In this document: piece by piece, positions 38,922 to 48,842 of the stretch
How the letters are laid out: each line of letters opens with the position of its first letter
Position numbering within the stretch: position 1 is the stretch's first letter
Assembly: GCA_048387515.1 (NCBI GenBank)
Contig: DBFMRS010000183.1
Location: 16,314-80,313 of the forward strand
Length of the DNA stretch: 64,000 nt
Direction: 5' to 3'
From: Collinsella sp.
GTDB lineage: Bacteria; Actinomycetota; Coriobacteriia; Coriobacteriales; Coriobacteriaceae
Notes under the pieces: model-generated
The model's input: the letters and a program-made list of their open reading frames with translations, nothing else
What the model was told of the DNA's origin: nothing
Database searches by the model: none
Program-made: the position numbers and the translations under genes

Positions 38922-39029
38922 GCTGCGGCTTGCCCAAGCACGGCACCTCGGCGCTCATTCGTCGCTTGCGTACCAAAGTACGCGGCGCTCCACTTTCGGG
39001 CCGATCTGCCGCACTTGGACAACCCTCGC
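38922..39029. repeat. Structured intergenic repeat, divergent copy C
   Basis: Same architecture and gcgtac-cRaa-gtacgc apical hairpin as copy A. Confidence 0.7.
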
Positions 39030-39105
39030 TTTGTAAGGAATGTTCACAAAGTTGAAGTTTCCACCTGCATCTCTTCGCAGGCTTTCAGTATGAAAGGAGA
39101 GCTAG

Positions 39106-41559
39106 ATGCGTGTTTCTTACGACTGGCTCAAGACCATGATCGATATTCCGGAGGATCCCAAGACCCTTTCGGACGAATATATCCGTACCGGCACCGAGGT
39201 CGAGGCGATCGACACCGTGGGCGAGTCCTTCGACCACGTGGTGACCGCCAAGGTGCTCACCAAGACCCCGCACCCCGATAGCGACCACATGTATGTGTGC
39301 TCGGTCGACGTGGGCGACAAGAACCTCGACCCCGACGGCAATCCCGTTCCGCTGCAGATCGTCTGCGGCGCGCAGAACTTCGAGGCCGGCGACCACATCG
39401 TCACGGCAATGATCGGCGCCGTGCTTCCCGGCGACGTCAAGATCAAGAAGAGCAAGCTTCGCGGCGTTGTGTCCATGGGCATGAACTGCTCCGCGCGTGA
39501 GCTCGGCCTGGGTGGCGACCACTCCGGCATCATGATCCTGCCCGAGGATACGCCCTGCGGCATGCCGTTTGCCGAGTACGTGGGCTCGAGCGACACCGTG
39601 CTCGACTGCGAGATTACGCCCAACCGCCCCGATTGCCTGTCCATGATCGGCATGGCCCGCGAGACCGGCGCCATCTTCGACCGCGATTTCCACGTTGAGC
39701 TGCCCGCCATCAAGGCCGAGACCGGCCGCGCGACCGACGACGAGCTTTCCGTCGAGATTGCCGACGAGGGCCTGTGCGACCGCTACGTTGCCCGCATCGT
39801 GCGCAACGTCAAGGTCGGCCCGTCGCCCGACTGGATGGTCAAGCGCCTTAACGCCTTGGGCGTGCGCCCGCACAACAACATTGTCGACATCACCAACTAT
39901 GTGATGATGCTCACCGGTCAGCCGCTGCACGCCTTTGACCTCGACACCTTTGCCGAGCGCGATGGCCATCGCCGCGTGGTGGTTCGCGCCGCCCAACAGG
40001 ACGAGAAGTTTACGACCCTCGACGGCGAGGAGCGCGTGCTCGACGCCGGCATGGGCCTCATCACCGACGGCGAGCGTCCCGTGGCGCTGGCCGGCGTTAT
40101 GGGCGGCATGGATTCCGAGATCGAGGACGATACCGTTGACGTGATGGTCGAGAGCGCCTGCTTCAACGCCGGCCGCACCTCGCACACCAGCCGCGACCTG
40201 TCGCTGATCTCTGACGCCTCCATTCGCTTTGAGCGTCAGGTCGACGAGACCGGCTGCGTGGATGTCGCCAACGTTACCTGCGCGCTCATCGAACAGATCG
40301 CCGGCGGCGAGGTCGCTCCCGGCTATGTCGACGTGTTCCCCGCGCCCAAGAGCATCGACAGCATCAAGCTGCGCTTGGCCCGCGTGCATGCCATCTGCGG
40401 TGCCGACATCGAGCCCGACTTTATCGAGCGCTCGCTCACCCGCCTGGGCTGCACCGTCGAGCGCGACGGCGAGGACTTTATGGTCACGCCGCCGAGCTTC
40501 CGTCCCGACCTGCCGCGTGAGGTCGACCTGATCGAGGAGGTCCTGCGCCTGTGGGGCATGGGCCGTGTGACGGCGACCATCCCGGCTGCCAAGAACCACA
40601 TCGGCGGTCTGACGCGCGAGCAGAAGCTTACCCGCAAGGTTGGCGAGATCCTGCGCGCCTGTGGCCTTAACGAGACCACGACCTTTGGCTTTGCCGCCCC
40701 GGGCGACCTGGAGAAGATTGGCATGTCCACCGAGGGCCGCGGCTGCCCCGTGGTTCTCATGAACCCGCTGGTAGCCGAGCAGACCGAGATGCGTCGTTCG
40801 CTGCTGCCGGGCCTGCTGCAGTCCGTGGCCTACAACGAGGCGCACGGTACGCCCAACGTGCACCTGTACGAGGTCGGCAGCCTGTTCCATGGTCGCGAGA
40901 ACGCCAGCCTGCCCAAGGAGACCAAGTCCGTGGCGGGCGTGCTTTCGGGCCAGTGGAGCGAGCAGTCCTGGAACATGAAGTACCGCAAGCTGCGCTTCTT
41001 CTTTGGCAAGGGCATTGTCGAGGAGCTGCTCGCCCAGCTGCGCATCGAGAAGGTTCGCTTCCGTCCCGTCGAGGGCGAGGGCTATGCCTTCTTGCAGCCT
41101 GGTCGCGCCGCCGAGGTTCTGTCCGGCGGTACCGTGCTGGGCTGGGTTGGCGAGATCCACCCCGAGGCACGCGAGGCTATGGGCATTGACGAGGTCGTCG
41201 TTGCCTTTGAGCTCGATCTGGACAAGCTGATCAAGGGCGCCCGCAACCAGGAGAACTACCGCGAGTTCTCGCAGTACCCTGCCGTTGAGCACGACCTGGC
41301 TATCGTGGTCGACAACACTGTGACCTGCGAGGATCTTGAGCGCCGCATTACCAGCGCCGGCGGTAAGCTGCTCGAGGGCGTGCGCCTGTTCGACGTCTAC
41401 CGCGATCCGGTCCGCATCGGCAAGGGCAAGAAATCCATGGCCTTTGCGCTTACGTATCGCTCCGACGACCACACGCTCACCAGCGAAGAGGTCGAGAAGG
41501 CGCACCAGAAGATCGTCACCAAGGTGTGCAAGGGCGTAAACGGCGAGGTCCGCGGCTAG
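39106..41559 (+). CDS. pheT: Phenylalanine-tRNA ligase beta subunit
   Basis: IVCGAQN, ITPNRPD, NNIVDITNY, RPDL..EVDLIEEV, FDX-ACB tail. Confidence 0.98.
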   Translation: MRVSYDWLKTMIDIPEDPKTLSDEYIRTGTEVEAIDTVGESFDHVVTAKVLTKTPHPDSDHMYVCSVDVGDKNLDPDGNPVPLQIVCGAQNFEAGDHIVTAMIGAVLPGDVKIKKSKLRGVVSMGMNCSARELGLGGDHSGIMILPEDTPCGMPFAEYVGSSDTVLDCEITPNRPDCLSMIGMARETGAIFDRDFHVELPAIKAETGRATDDELSVEIADEGLCDRYVARIVRNVKVGPSPDWMVKRLNALGVRPHNNIVDITNYVMMLTGQPLHAFDLDTFAERDGHRRVVVRAAQQDEKFTTLDGEERVLDAGMGLITDGERPVALAGVMGGMDSEIEDDTVDVMVESACFNAGRTSHTSRDLSLISDASIRFERQVDETGCVDVANVTCALIEQIAGGEVAPGYVDVFPAPKSIDSIKLRLARVHAICGADIEPDFIERSLTRLGCTVERDGEDFMVTPPSFRPDLPREVDLIEEVLRLWGMGRVTATIPAAKNHIGGLTREQKLTRKVGEILRACGLNETTTFGFAAPGDLEKIGMSTEGRGCPVVLMNPLVAEQTEMRRSLLPGLLQSVAYNEAHGTPNVHLYEVGSLFHGRENASLPKETKSVAGVLSGQWSEQSWNMKYRKLRFFFGKGIVEELLAQLRIEKVRFRPVEGEGYAFLQPGRAAEVLSGGTVLGWVGEIHPEAREAMGIDEVVVAFELDLDKLIKGARNQENYREFSQYPAVEHDLAIVVDNTVTCEDLERRITSAGGKLLEGVRLFDVYRDPVRIGKGKKSMAFALTYRSDDHTLTSEEVEKAHQKIVTKVCKGVNGEVRG

Positions 41560-41574
41560 GATTTGCGCTGGGAG

Positions 41575-41611
41575 CGCAGGACCCCTCGGCAGTTGCTGCG
41601 GGGTCCTGCGT
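41575..41611 (+). terminator. Hairpin after pheT
   Basis: cgcaggacccc / ggggtcctgcg. Confidence 0.6.
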
Positions 41612-41703
41612 GACCGCGGTGTTCGGAAAAGCCATTGCTGAGCCTGCATATATGACATGCGCATTACATAACGGCGTGCTGCTTTGTCGGCAGTGCGCCG
41701 TTT

Positions 41704-41750
41704 TGCTATGATAGCCCGCGGCGTGTTACGAATCTGACATTGCGTAACAC
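41704..41750 (+). promoter_or_regulatory. Extended -10 plus NikR-like operator
   Basis: TGcTATGAT (41704-41712) followed by GTGTTACG-N12-CGTAACAC (41723-41750). Confidence 0.6.
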
Positions 41751-41807
41751 TGGAAAGGTGATTCAAGCGGCGTTGCAATTCCGTGCGCCGATAACCGGGA
41801 GGCGTAC

Positions 41808-42893
41808 ATGCACATTCCAGATAATTATCTGTCCCCGCAGACCGATGCCGTTATGGCGGTGGCGATGGTGCCCGTTTGGATCCACTGCATCAAAAAGGTG
41901 CGCGCCACGCTCGATCGCGAGCACATGGCGTTCCTGGGCATCTGCGCCGCGTTCTCCTTCCTGCTCATGATGTTTAATGTGCCGCTGCCCGGCGGCACCA
42001 CGGGTCATGCCGTCGGCGGCGCGCTCATCGCGCTGCTGCTGGGTCCCGAGGCCGCGGCTATCGCTGTCTCGGTTGCGCTGGCGCTGCAGGCGCTGCTGTT
42101 TGGCGACGGCGGCGTTCTGTCCTTTGGAGCCAACTGCTTTAACATGGCCTTTGTGTTGCCGTTTGCCGCTGCTATCGTGTTCCGTGCGCTCAACAGCCGT
42201 TTGCACGACAAGAGCTGGGGCACCTCGGTTTCGGCAATCGTAAGCGGCTGGGTCGGTCTGTGCCTGGCGGCCCTGTGCGCGGCAATCGAGTTCGGTATTC
42301 AGCCGATGCTCTTCACCAACGCCTCGGGCGCTCCGCTGTACTGTCCCTTCCCGCTGTCCGTGGCTATTCCGGCCATGTTGGTCCCGCATATGTTGGTTGC
42401 CGGCGTGATCGAGGGCGTGGCGACGGCCGCCATCTACGGTTTCATTAAGAAGACGGCGCCGAGCGTTATCGTCGGGCCCGAGGCCGTCGATGGCCAGCTT
42501 GCTGCCGAGGGCGCTGCCACCAAGAAGACCTCGCTGGTCCCCACGCTCATCCTGGTCGCCGTGCTTGTCGTGGCCACGCCGCTGGGCCTGCTGGCCACGG
42601 GTGACGCCTGGGGTGAGTGGGACGCCGAGGGCGCCGCGACCGCCGTTCAGGAGGCTGGCGATGACAGCCTGCAGGCTTCGGTCGGTCTCGATACCCCGAC
42701 CTTTGCCGATTCCCTGCCCACGGGCGATTACCTGCAGGCCTATTCCGAGGAGCAGAGCCTTGGCTTTGCCGGCCAGGCTGCCATGTATATCCTGTCCGGC
42801 GTGATTGGCGTGGCGGTGCTCACCATCTCATTCCGCCTGATCTCGCTTACGGTCAAGGAAAGCGGTGCTCATGGCAATGGCCGAGCTGCCTAA
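41808..42893 (+). CDS. ECF Ni/Co transporter S component, NikM/CbiM fused to a NikN-like domain
   Basis: N-terminal MHIPD, GTTGHAVG, QALLFGDGG; C-terminal GDAWGEW domain. Confidence 0.9.
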   Translation: MHIPDNYLSPQTDAVMAVAMVPVWIHCIKKVRATLDREHMAFLGICAAFSFLLMMFNVPLPGGTTGHAVGGALIALLLGPEAAAIAVSVALALQALLFGDGGVLSFGANCFNMAFVLPFAAAIVFRALNSRLHDKSWGTSVSAIVSGWVGLCLAALCAAIEFGIQPMLFTNASGAPLYCPFPLSVAIPAMLVPHMLVAGVIEGVATAAIYGFIKKTAPSVIVGPEAVDGQLAAEGAATKKTSLVPTLILVAVLVVATPLGLLATGDAWGEWDAEGAATAVQEAGDDSLQASVGLDTPTFADSLPTGDYLQAYSEEQSLGFAGQAAMYILSGVIGVAVLTISFRLISLTVKESGAHGNGRAA

Positions 42894-43707
42894 CTGGCTT
42901 GCGACCGAGGAACGATACGAGCCCGCGGGGGCTCGGCATCGTGTGATGCAAAAGAATGTCCTGCACCTGGCGAGCCTGCTTGAGCGGGTTCGCCTGGGTG
43001 GAGGCGCGCACGAGGGCGGGTCGATGGTCGACCACGCCCTTTCTTGCGTTTCGGCTCCGGTGCGCCTGGTGGGGATGTTCGTTTGCGTCCTGTGCGTGTG
43101 CCTGACGCAAAGCCCGCTGTACCTGATGCTCATGGCGGCGATTGCGTTGGTGCTGGTCGCGGTGCGCCCCGCACGTGGGTTGCGCGCGACTTTTGTACCG
43201 GCGCTTGGCGCCACGGGGCTTGCGGTGGTTCTGGTACTGCCTGCCCTGCTGCTGGGCGCGTCTGCCACGGGTACCATGCTCAAGATTGCACTCAAGACGT
43301 TCATTAACGTGTCGTTGGTGCTGGGTGTTTCGTGGACGCTCACCTGGAGCCGCATGTCGGCGGCGCTTAAGATGCTGCACCTGCCCGACGAGGTTATCTT
43401 TACGTTTGATATGGCACTCAAGCATATCGAGGTGCTGGGACGCACGGCGCACGATCTGTGCGAATCGGTCATGCTGCGCAGCGTCGGTTCCGCGCCTGCG
43501 GGTTTTTCGCGCACCGACTCGCTGGCGGGTATCATGGGCATGACGTTTATCAAGGCGATGGAATGCAGCCGCGCGATGGACGAGGCCATGCTCTGCCGCG
43601 GCTTCGCCGGCGTGTATCCGGCGTCTGCACGGAGCGGCTTTGGCTGGCGCGATGCCGTTTACGCGGCCGTTGTGGCGTTGTTCGCTGTGTTGTGTGCGGT
43701 ACTGTAG
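42871..43707 (+). CDS. ECF transporter T component (NikQ/CbiQ)
   Basis: TM protein with AM.CRGF motif; overlaps the upstream gene. Confidence 0.85.
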   Translation: MAMAELPNWLATEERYEPAGARHRVMQKNVLHLASLLERVRLGGGAHEGGSMVDHALSCVSAPVRLVGMFVCVLCVCLTQSPLYLMLMAAIALVLVAVRPARGLRATFVPALGATGLAVVLVLPALLLGASATGTMLKIALKTFINVSLVLGVSWTLTWSRMSAALKMLHLPDEVIFTFDMALKHIEVLGRTAHDLCESVMLRSVGSAPAGFSRTDSLAGIMGMTFIKAMECSRAMDEAMLCRGFAGVYPASARSGFGWRDAVYAAVVALFAVLCAVL

Positions 43708-43751
43708 TGCGGACGGCCGAGCCGTCGATGTGAATAGGGAAGGGCGACGTT

Positions 43752-44522
43752 TTGGCAAGCGATACGAATGACGCGATGAGCGTGAGCGGTGCTGCTGGAG
43801 CCGAGACCACGTCGCTCATCGAGTTTCGCGACGTGGTGTTTTCCTATGCGGGTCATACGGTGGTCGACGGCGTTTCGCTGCGGGTGAACCGTGGGGAGCT
43901 CGTTGCTCTGCTTGGCCCTAACGGCTGCGGCAAGACGACGATCATGCGTCTTATCAACGGCCTTGAGCTCGCGGATGCCGGCGCATACCTGTTTGACGGA
44001 CGCGTGGTCGATGCGGCGTATCTGAAGAATTCTGCTGCTGCTCAGAAGTTCCACCAGCGCGTAGGCTTCGTATTCCAAAACGCCGATGCCCAGCTGTTCT
44101 GCGCCACGGTCGGTGAGGAGGTCGCTTTTGGACCGGCTCAAATGGGGCTGCCGGCAGACGAGCTCGAGCGCCGCGTATGCGATGCCATGGAACTGTTTCA
44201 AGTTGCCGACCTGGTCGATGCCTCGCCCTATCAGCTTTCGGGCGGGCAGAAGAAGCGTGTGGCGCTGGCGGCAGTTGTATCGATGAACCCTGATATCCTA
44301 GTGCTCGATGAGCCCACCAATGGGCTCGACGAGGATTCATGCGACATCGTGGTCAACTTCTTGCTGGCCTACGTCGCGGCGGGTAAGACGGTCTTGATGA
44401 GCACACATCACCAGGATTTGGTGCGACGCCTGGGTGCCCGTGCAATCTATATCGATCGATATCACCATGTGGTCGAGGCGCCTTCGCCGTCGTATGGAAC
44501 CGAAAGCGGTGCTACGGACTAG
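43752..44522 (+). CDS. ECF transporter ATPase (NikO/CbiO)
   Basis: GPNGCGKTT, FQNADAQLF, LSGGQKKR, LDEPT. Confidence 0.92.
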   Translation: MASDTNDAMSVSGAAGAETTSLIEFRDVVFSYAGHTVVDGVSLRVNRGELVALLGPNGCGKTTIMRLINGLELADAGAYLFDGRVVDAAYLKNSAAAQKFHQRVGFVFQNADAQLFCATVGEEVAFGPAQMGLPADELERRVCDAMELFQVADLVDASPYQLSGGQKKRVALAAVVSMNPDILVLDEPTNGLDEDSCDIVVNFLLAYVAAGKTVLMSTHHQDLVRRLGARAIYIDRYHHVVEAPSPSYGTESGATD

Positions 44523-44602
44523 TTGCTGCGTAGAGCGTGCGTAGCCGCCCGCGCGGCTTTGCCGTGATGGTATAGTTATCCAGGTTTTTTATGGGGGTGG
44601 CT

Positions 44603-45451
44603 ATGCCAAGCTGGAACATTCATATCGCTCAGACGGAGCGTTTGCTGGAGCGCACCGGTGCGCTTGCCAATAGCGTGCGCGACCGCAATGCCTTTTTGTT
44701 TGGCTGCGTGGTTCCCGATATCTTCGTGGGCTATATGGTCCCTGGCATCGCCGACCCCATCCCGTATCGCATCACGCATTTTGCCAAGCCCGAGCCCATC
44801 CCTAAGCCTCGTGAGCATGAGTTCTGGGATACCTATGTGGCACCGTTGCTCAAAGGGGCGCCTGTTGGTACGCCGACTGCCGCGACCTCGATTGTCGAGG
44901 AGCGCGAGCGACTCAATCGGGTGCATTACCCCCAACGTTACAGGGACTCCGAGCCGGTTGTCGGTCCCGGTGCCAGCGAGCTTTCGCTCGCGCCCGAGGA
45001 CGTGGCACAGTCGCTGCTCGATCTGACGCTGGGTGTCTGGTCGCATCTGGTGGCCGATACCGTATGGAATACGCGCGTGAATCAGTACCTGGAGGCGCAC
45101 GGCGGCAAGCCGTGCGAGGAATTCCGCATTAAAAAGCAAGGCGACTTTGACTGGTTTGGCAAGACGCTCGGCATCGTTTCTATCCCGCGCGCGACCGATC
45201 GCCTGTATACTGCGGCGACGCGTTTTGGGCAGTATCCCATCCATAAGGAGTATGTGCTCAAGACCATCGGCGTTATGCACGAGATCGTGCGCGAAAACCC
45301 CGGTGAGCCCAACCATCCGCCATACCGCCTGCTGACCGAGGAGTTTTTCGACGCAACGTTTACCGAGGTCATCGAGCTGACCGAGGCGGGCTTTGCGGTT
45401 CGCGTCGAATCGCCCGATGTGCCTGCGCTACCCCTGATCACTAGCTGCTAG
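44603..45451 (+). CDS. Zn-dependent phospholipase C-like/metal-binding hydrolase
   Basis: MPSWNIH, FG...PD, THF, G..SHL.AD pattern. Confidence 0.6.
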   Translation: MPSWNIHIAQTERLLERTGALANSVRDRNAFLFGCVVPDIFVGYMVPGIADPIPYRITHFAKPEPIPKPREHEFWDTYVAPLLKGAPVGTPTAATSIVEERERLNRVHYPQRYRDSEPVVGPGASELSLAPEDVAQSLLDLTLGVWSHLVADTVWNTRVNQYLEAHGGKPCEEFRIKKQGDFDWFGKTLGIVSIPRATDRLYTAATRFGQYPIHKEYVLKTIGVMHEIVRENPGEPNHPPYRLLTEEFFDATFTEVIELTEAGFAVRVESPDVPALPLITSC

Positions 45452-46521
45452 CTGGCCGGCCCGGCAGTGAACAGCTCAGCCCAATCGACAAGTAGCTCTT
45501 GCCGCAGGGCATCTTCGGCAGTGCGCTCCTGCTTAGTCTTTGGGGTGTAGGGAAGCCCGGCCTTTTTATGGATGAGCTCAGCTATGTGGTCGAAGCTCTT
45601 CTTATCCTTAATCTGGCCAAAGGTAATTTGGATGACGTCGTAGCCCATGCTTGTGAGCGCGGTGGTGCGCTCGGCATCGGAGAGACTCGCGGCTTCGCTG
45701 TCGTGGGCGGAGCGGTCTTGGCATTCAAGGATGACGCCCATGCTGTCGGTACTGCTCTGTATGAGGATATCGGCGTAGCAGCAGGTTTTGTCATACAGTG
45801 AACGCGCGGCTTCACTGAGCGGGATGCGCACGTTATTGGTGATGTCGATGCCCAAGCCGCCCTCGTCGCGGGGAAGCGAGATGAGCATGGACGTCTGGAC
45901 TTCGAAGGGCGAGACGGTCTGCCCTGCCATGCGTTCGGCGGCCCAGCGGAGTTGCTTGACGCCACGCAGGCCTGCGGCCTGCGTGGCGAACGCGGTGATC
46001 TCCCCCGCGCTGAGGAGCGGTGCGCGCTTCCACAGGTTGGTGTCATTGCCCTTGGTGTCGACAACGCGCTCCCAACCGCAGTTGGGTGGAATGAGCTTAA
46101 GCGAAATAGCTTCATCAAGTTGCCGTTGCGCTCGTTTGCAGGGTGTAAACACAGCAAACGAGCTGCACATCTCATAACACGCCATAAGCAGCTGGTTGCG
46201 TGAGACCTGCGTAGCAAGGTTGAGCAGCGTGAACTCGGGCGATGTGACATCAAACCCATGCTCGGTTTGCCTAAACGACCCGGGAGGCGGCTCTTGGGTT
46301 AGTAGACGGTTACAAAATAGCTTTCCGTTCGCACGCTGTTTTCTTTCGCTTACGAATCTCCAAACTGGCGTGCCGAGCAAGTCTTTAAATACTGGCTGTT
46401 TTGAGTAATGCACCAAGCGATGGTCATGGTCGGGCGGTAGGATTGCCGGATAGAGTCCCAGTATCTGGGGCGGGATGCGATAGTACTGAAAAGCCGTGGG
46501 TCCGCAGGCAAGAAATGGCAT
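45448..46521 (-). CDS. AbiEi-like/DUF559 (Vsr-like nuclease fold) hypothetical protein
   Basis: VTSPEFTL, SPFE....L..LP...GGLG, D, E.Q...H, D..R..AL..MGYDV; lower GC. Confidence 0.7.
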   Translation of the reverse strand: MPFLACGPTAFQYYRIPPQILGLYPAILPPDHDHRLVHYSKQPVFKDLLGTPVWRFVSERKQRANGKLFCNRLLTQEPPPGSFRQTEHGFDVTSPEFTLLNLATQVSRNQLLMACYEMCSSFAVFTPCKRAQRQLDEAISLKLIPPNCGWERVVDTKGNDTNLWKRAPLLSAGEITAFATQAAGLRGVKQLRWAAERMAGQTVSPFEVQTSMLISLPRDEGGLGIDITNNVRIPLSEAARSLYDKTCCYADILIQSSTDSMGVILECQDRSAHDSEAASLSDAERTTALTSMGYDVIQITFGQIKDKKSFDHIAELIHKKAGLPYTPKTKQERTAEDALRQELLVDWAELFTAGPAS

Positions 46522-46567
46522 AGCGATCCGATCGTTTGGGCGTTGTCTGGGCTAGAAAAGCTATCGG

Positions 46568-46697
46568 TTTCGGAAGTGCGGGGAAAAAGAGAAACAGGCC
46601 AATCACACGCGATATTTGAGCCAACTTTATCAGGGGTTTTGTTGAAATAAAAGGGCTTGTGCTTGGGGGCAAGCAATTTTTCCCCGCACTTCCGAAA
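46568..46697. repeat. 21-bp perfect inverted repeat pair, 88-bp spacer
   Basis: tttcggaagtgcggggaaaaa / tttttccccgcacttccgaaa. Confidence 0.85.
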
Positions 46698-46874
46698 ACG
46701 CTGCCGATTTGGACCTTGCTAAAACGATTTAGCAGCCCTGTGTGAGGTGTGGTTTTGCCGCCGGGCGAACACTTTTAGCGCTTGGGGCTTTATTGTTTGG
46801 GCCTCGAAGGGTGGATTTCACGCTTTTGGTAAAGAAATGGGTGCGTGTTTTGCTGTGCGCCGGCATTGGTACAG

Positions 46875-46912
46875 AAAAAGGGCCCGGAAGGCGAAGCCTT
46901 CCGGGCCCTTTG
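46875..46912 (-). terminator. Intrinsic terminator of pyk
   Basis: aaaagggcccggaagg / ccttccgggcccttt. Confidence 0.85.
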
Positions 46913-46939
46913 CAATGCAAGTGTGCTTGCAAGTGCGAT

Positions 46940-48400
46940 TTAGCGCACCTGAGCGACGTAAGCGACGTTGGTCGAGGAAACCTTGTCCTCGAGTTGGACG
47001 CTCATGCGGGGATCGCCGGCGGTGGCGACGGTCAAATCGCCAGTCTCGACATAGCCGAGCTCCTTAGCGGTCTCGATCGCCTTGACAATCGTGCCGTTGA
47101 CGGTGCCCTGGGTAATCTCGGCCTGGTGCGGGATAACGCCCCAGTACATGATCATCTGCTGGACGGCCCACTCGTGGCGGGAGAACGCGCAGATCGGCAT
47201 GTTGGGACGGAAGTGCGAAATCAGGCGAGCGGTACGACCGGTGGTCGTCGGCACGGTGATGCACTTGGCGCCAACGGTGGTGGCCATGTTCACAGCGGAC
47301 ATACCCACAACGTTGTTGACAACGCGGGTGCCGTGAGCATCGGCCGGAACCTCGAGCGGAGCGTGGGCCGGGAGGTACTTCTCGGTCTCGAGAGCAATGC
47401 TAGCCTGCATCTTGACGGCCTCAACCGGGTACTTACCGGCAGCGGACTCGCCGGACAGCATGACGGCGTCGGTGCCGTCGTAAATGGCGTTAGCAACGTC
47501 GGCAACCTCGGCGCGCGTCGGGCGCGGGTTCTGCTGCATGGAGTCGAGCATCTGCGTAGCGGTGATAACGGGCTTGTAGGCCGCGTTGCACTTGGCGATG
47601 ATCTCCTTCTGGATGTGGGGAACGAGCTCGGGCTTGATCTCGATGCCCAGGTCGCCACGGGCAACCATGATGCCATCGGAAGCCTCGAGGATCTCGTCGA
47701 AGTTCTCGACGCCCAGGGCGCACTCGATCTTCGGGAAGATCGTCACGTGCTCGCCACCGTTCTCGCGGCAAAGCTCGCGGATGCCGCGGACGGACTCGCC
47801 GTCACGGATGAAGGAAGCGGCGATGTAGTCGATGTTCTCGGTCAGGCCAAAGAGGATGTCCTGACGATCGCGCTCGGTGATGGCGGGCAGCGAGATGTTG
47901 ACATTGGGCATGTTGACGCCCTTGCGCTCGCCAATCAGGCCGTCGTTCTTGACGACGCAGGTCATGTCCTGGCCGCTGACGGACTCGACCTCGAGGGCAA
48001 CCAGGCCGTCATCGATCAGGATGAGGGAGCCTTTCTCGACCTCGGAGGGCAGAGCCAGGTAGTCGAGGGAGATGTGCTCAGCGGTGCCGTGGAAATCCTC
48101 GGTCGTGGGCTGAGCAGTAACGACGATCTTGTCGCCGGTCTTGACGGCAACCTTCTTGCCGTCGACCAGAAGGCCGGTGCGGACCTCGGGGCCCTTGGTG
48201 TCGAGCAGGATGCCGACAGGCAGACCGAGCTCCTTGGAAATACGACGGACGCGCTCGATGCGATCGTGGTGCTCGTCGTAGGAGCCGTGCGAGAAGTTAA
48301 AACGGGCGACGTTCATGCCCGCCTTGATCATCTCGCGGATGGTCTCGTCGCTATCGCAGGCGGGACCCATGGTGCATACAATCTTAGTGCGCTTGTACAT
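46940..48400 (-). CDS. pyk: Pyruvate kinase
   Basis: RTKIVCTMGPA, ARFNFSHG, DTKGPE, MVARGDLG, ATQMLDSM, MLSGESA. Confidence 0.98.
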   Translation of the reverse strand: MYKRTKIVCTMGPACDSDETIREMIKAGMNVARFNFSHGSYDEHHDRIERVRRISKELGLPVGILLDTKGPEVRTGLLVDGKKVAVKTGDKIVVTAQPTTEDFHGTAEHISLDYLALPSEVEKGSLILIDDGLVALEVESVSGQDMTCVVKNDGLIGERKGVNMPNVNISLPAITERDRQDILFGLTENIDYIAASFIRDGESVRGIRELCRENGGEHVTIFPKIECALGVENFDEILEASDGIMVARGDLGIEIKPELVPHIQKEIIAKCNAAYKPVITATQMLDSMQQNPRPTRAEVADVANAIYDGTDAVMLSGESAAGKYPVEAVKMQASIALETEKYLPAHAPLEVPADAHGTRVVNNVVGMSAVNMATTVGAKCITVPTTTGRTARLISHFRPNMPICAFSRHEWAVQQMIMYWGVIPHQAEITQGTVNGTIVKAIETAKELGYVETGDLTVATAGDPRMSVQLEDKVSSTNVAYVAQVR

Positions 48401-48738
48401 TCAGACCTCCATCTGACATCGTCTTGCGCTGATAGATTAACCATAAGAAATAAAATCGAGTTGATTATAACGAAATACCGACCGAATACCCCAAAAAAAC
48501 GACCGTATGCCGATTAAGAAGTTCATTTTTTACGGGAAAAACGGTATATGAAAAAATTTTTATCAATTGCTCTTACCGCTGCTATCTGGGCGATATTTCA
48601 GTTTGACGAAGTGTCGAAGAAAAACGTTTTACCAACATTGAGCATCACACGGTCTGCACCGTTGCACTCGAGCCGTGTTTCCAATTGGAATGTTTTGGCT
48701 AGACGCGCCGCTTTGGGGTACCATAGCTCCACTATCAA

Positions 48739-48840
48739 CTGCCGCTCAGCACGGCAGCCTTGATGAGCCCTTGCCCTTCTCCTGGGAATTATGATCGGGC
48801 ATCAATCTGCTGAGTGGCCCGAATCCCAGGAGGGGACTCT
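48739..48840 (+). promoter_or_regulatory. Structured 5' leader, candidate cation riboswitch controlling translation
   Basis: Mutually exclusive pairings, one of which sequesters the SD aggagggg; see finding. Confidence 0.55.
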
Positions 48841-48842
48841 AT

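Noticed and set aside
48410..48660. AT-rich stretch or 71-aa ORF (48548-48763) as foreign DNA or a small gene
   Set aside because: Adequately explained as the divergent pyk/ATPase promoter region; no SD and atypical codon usage
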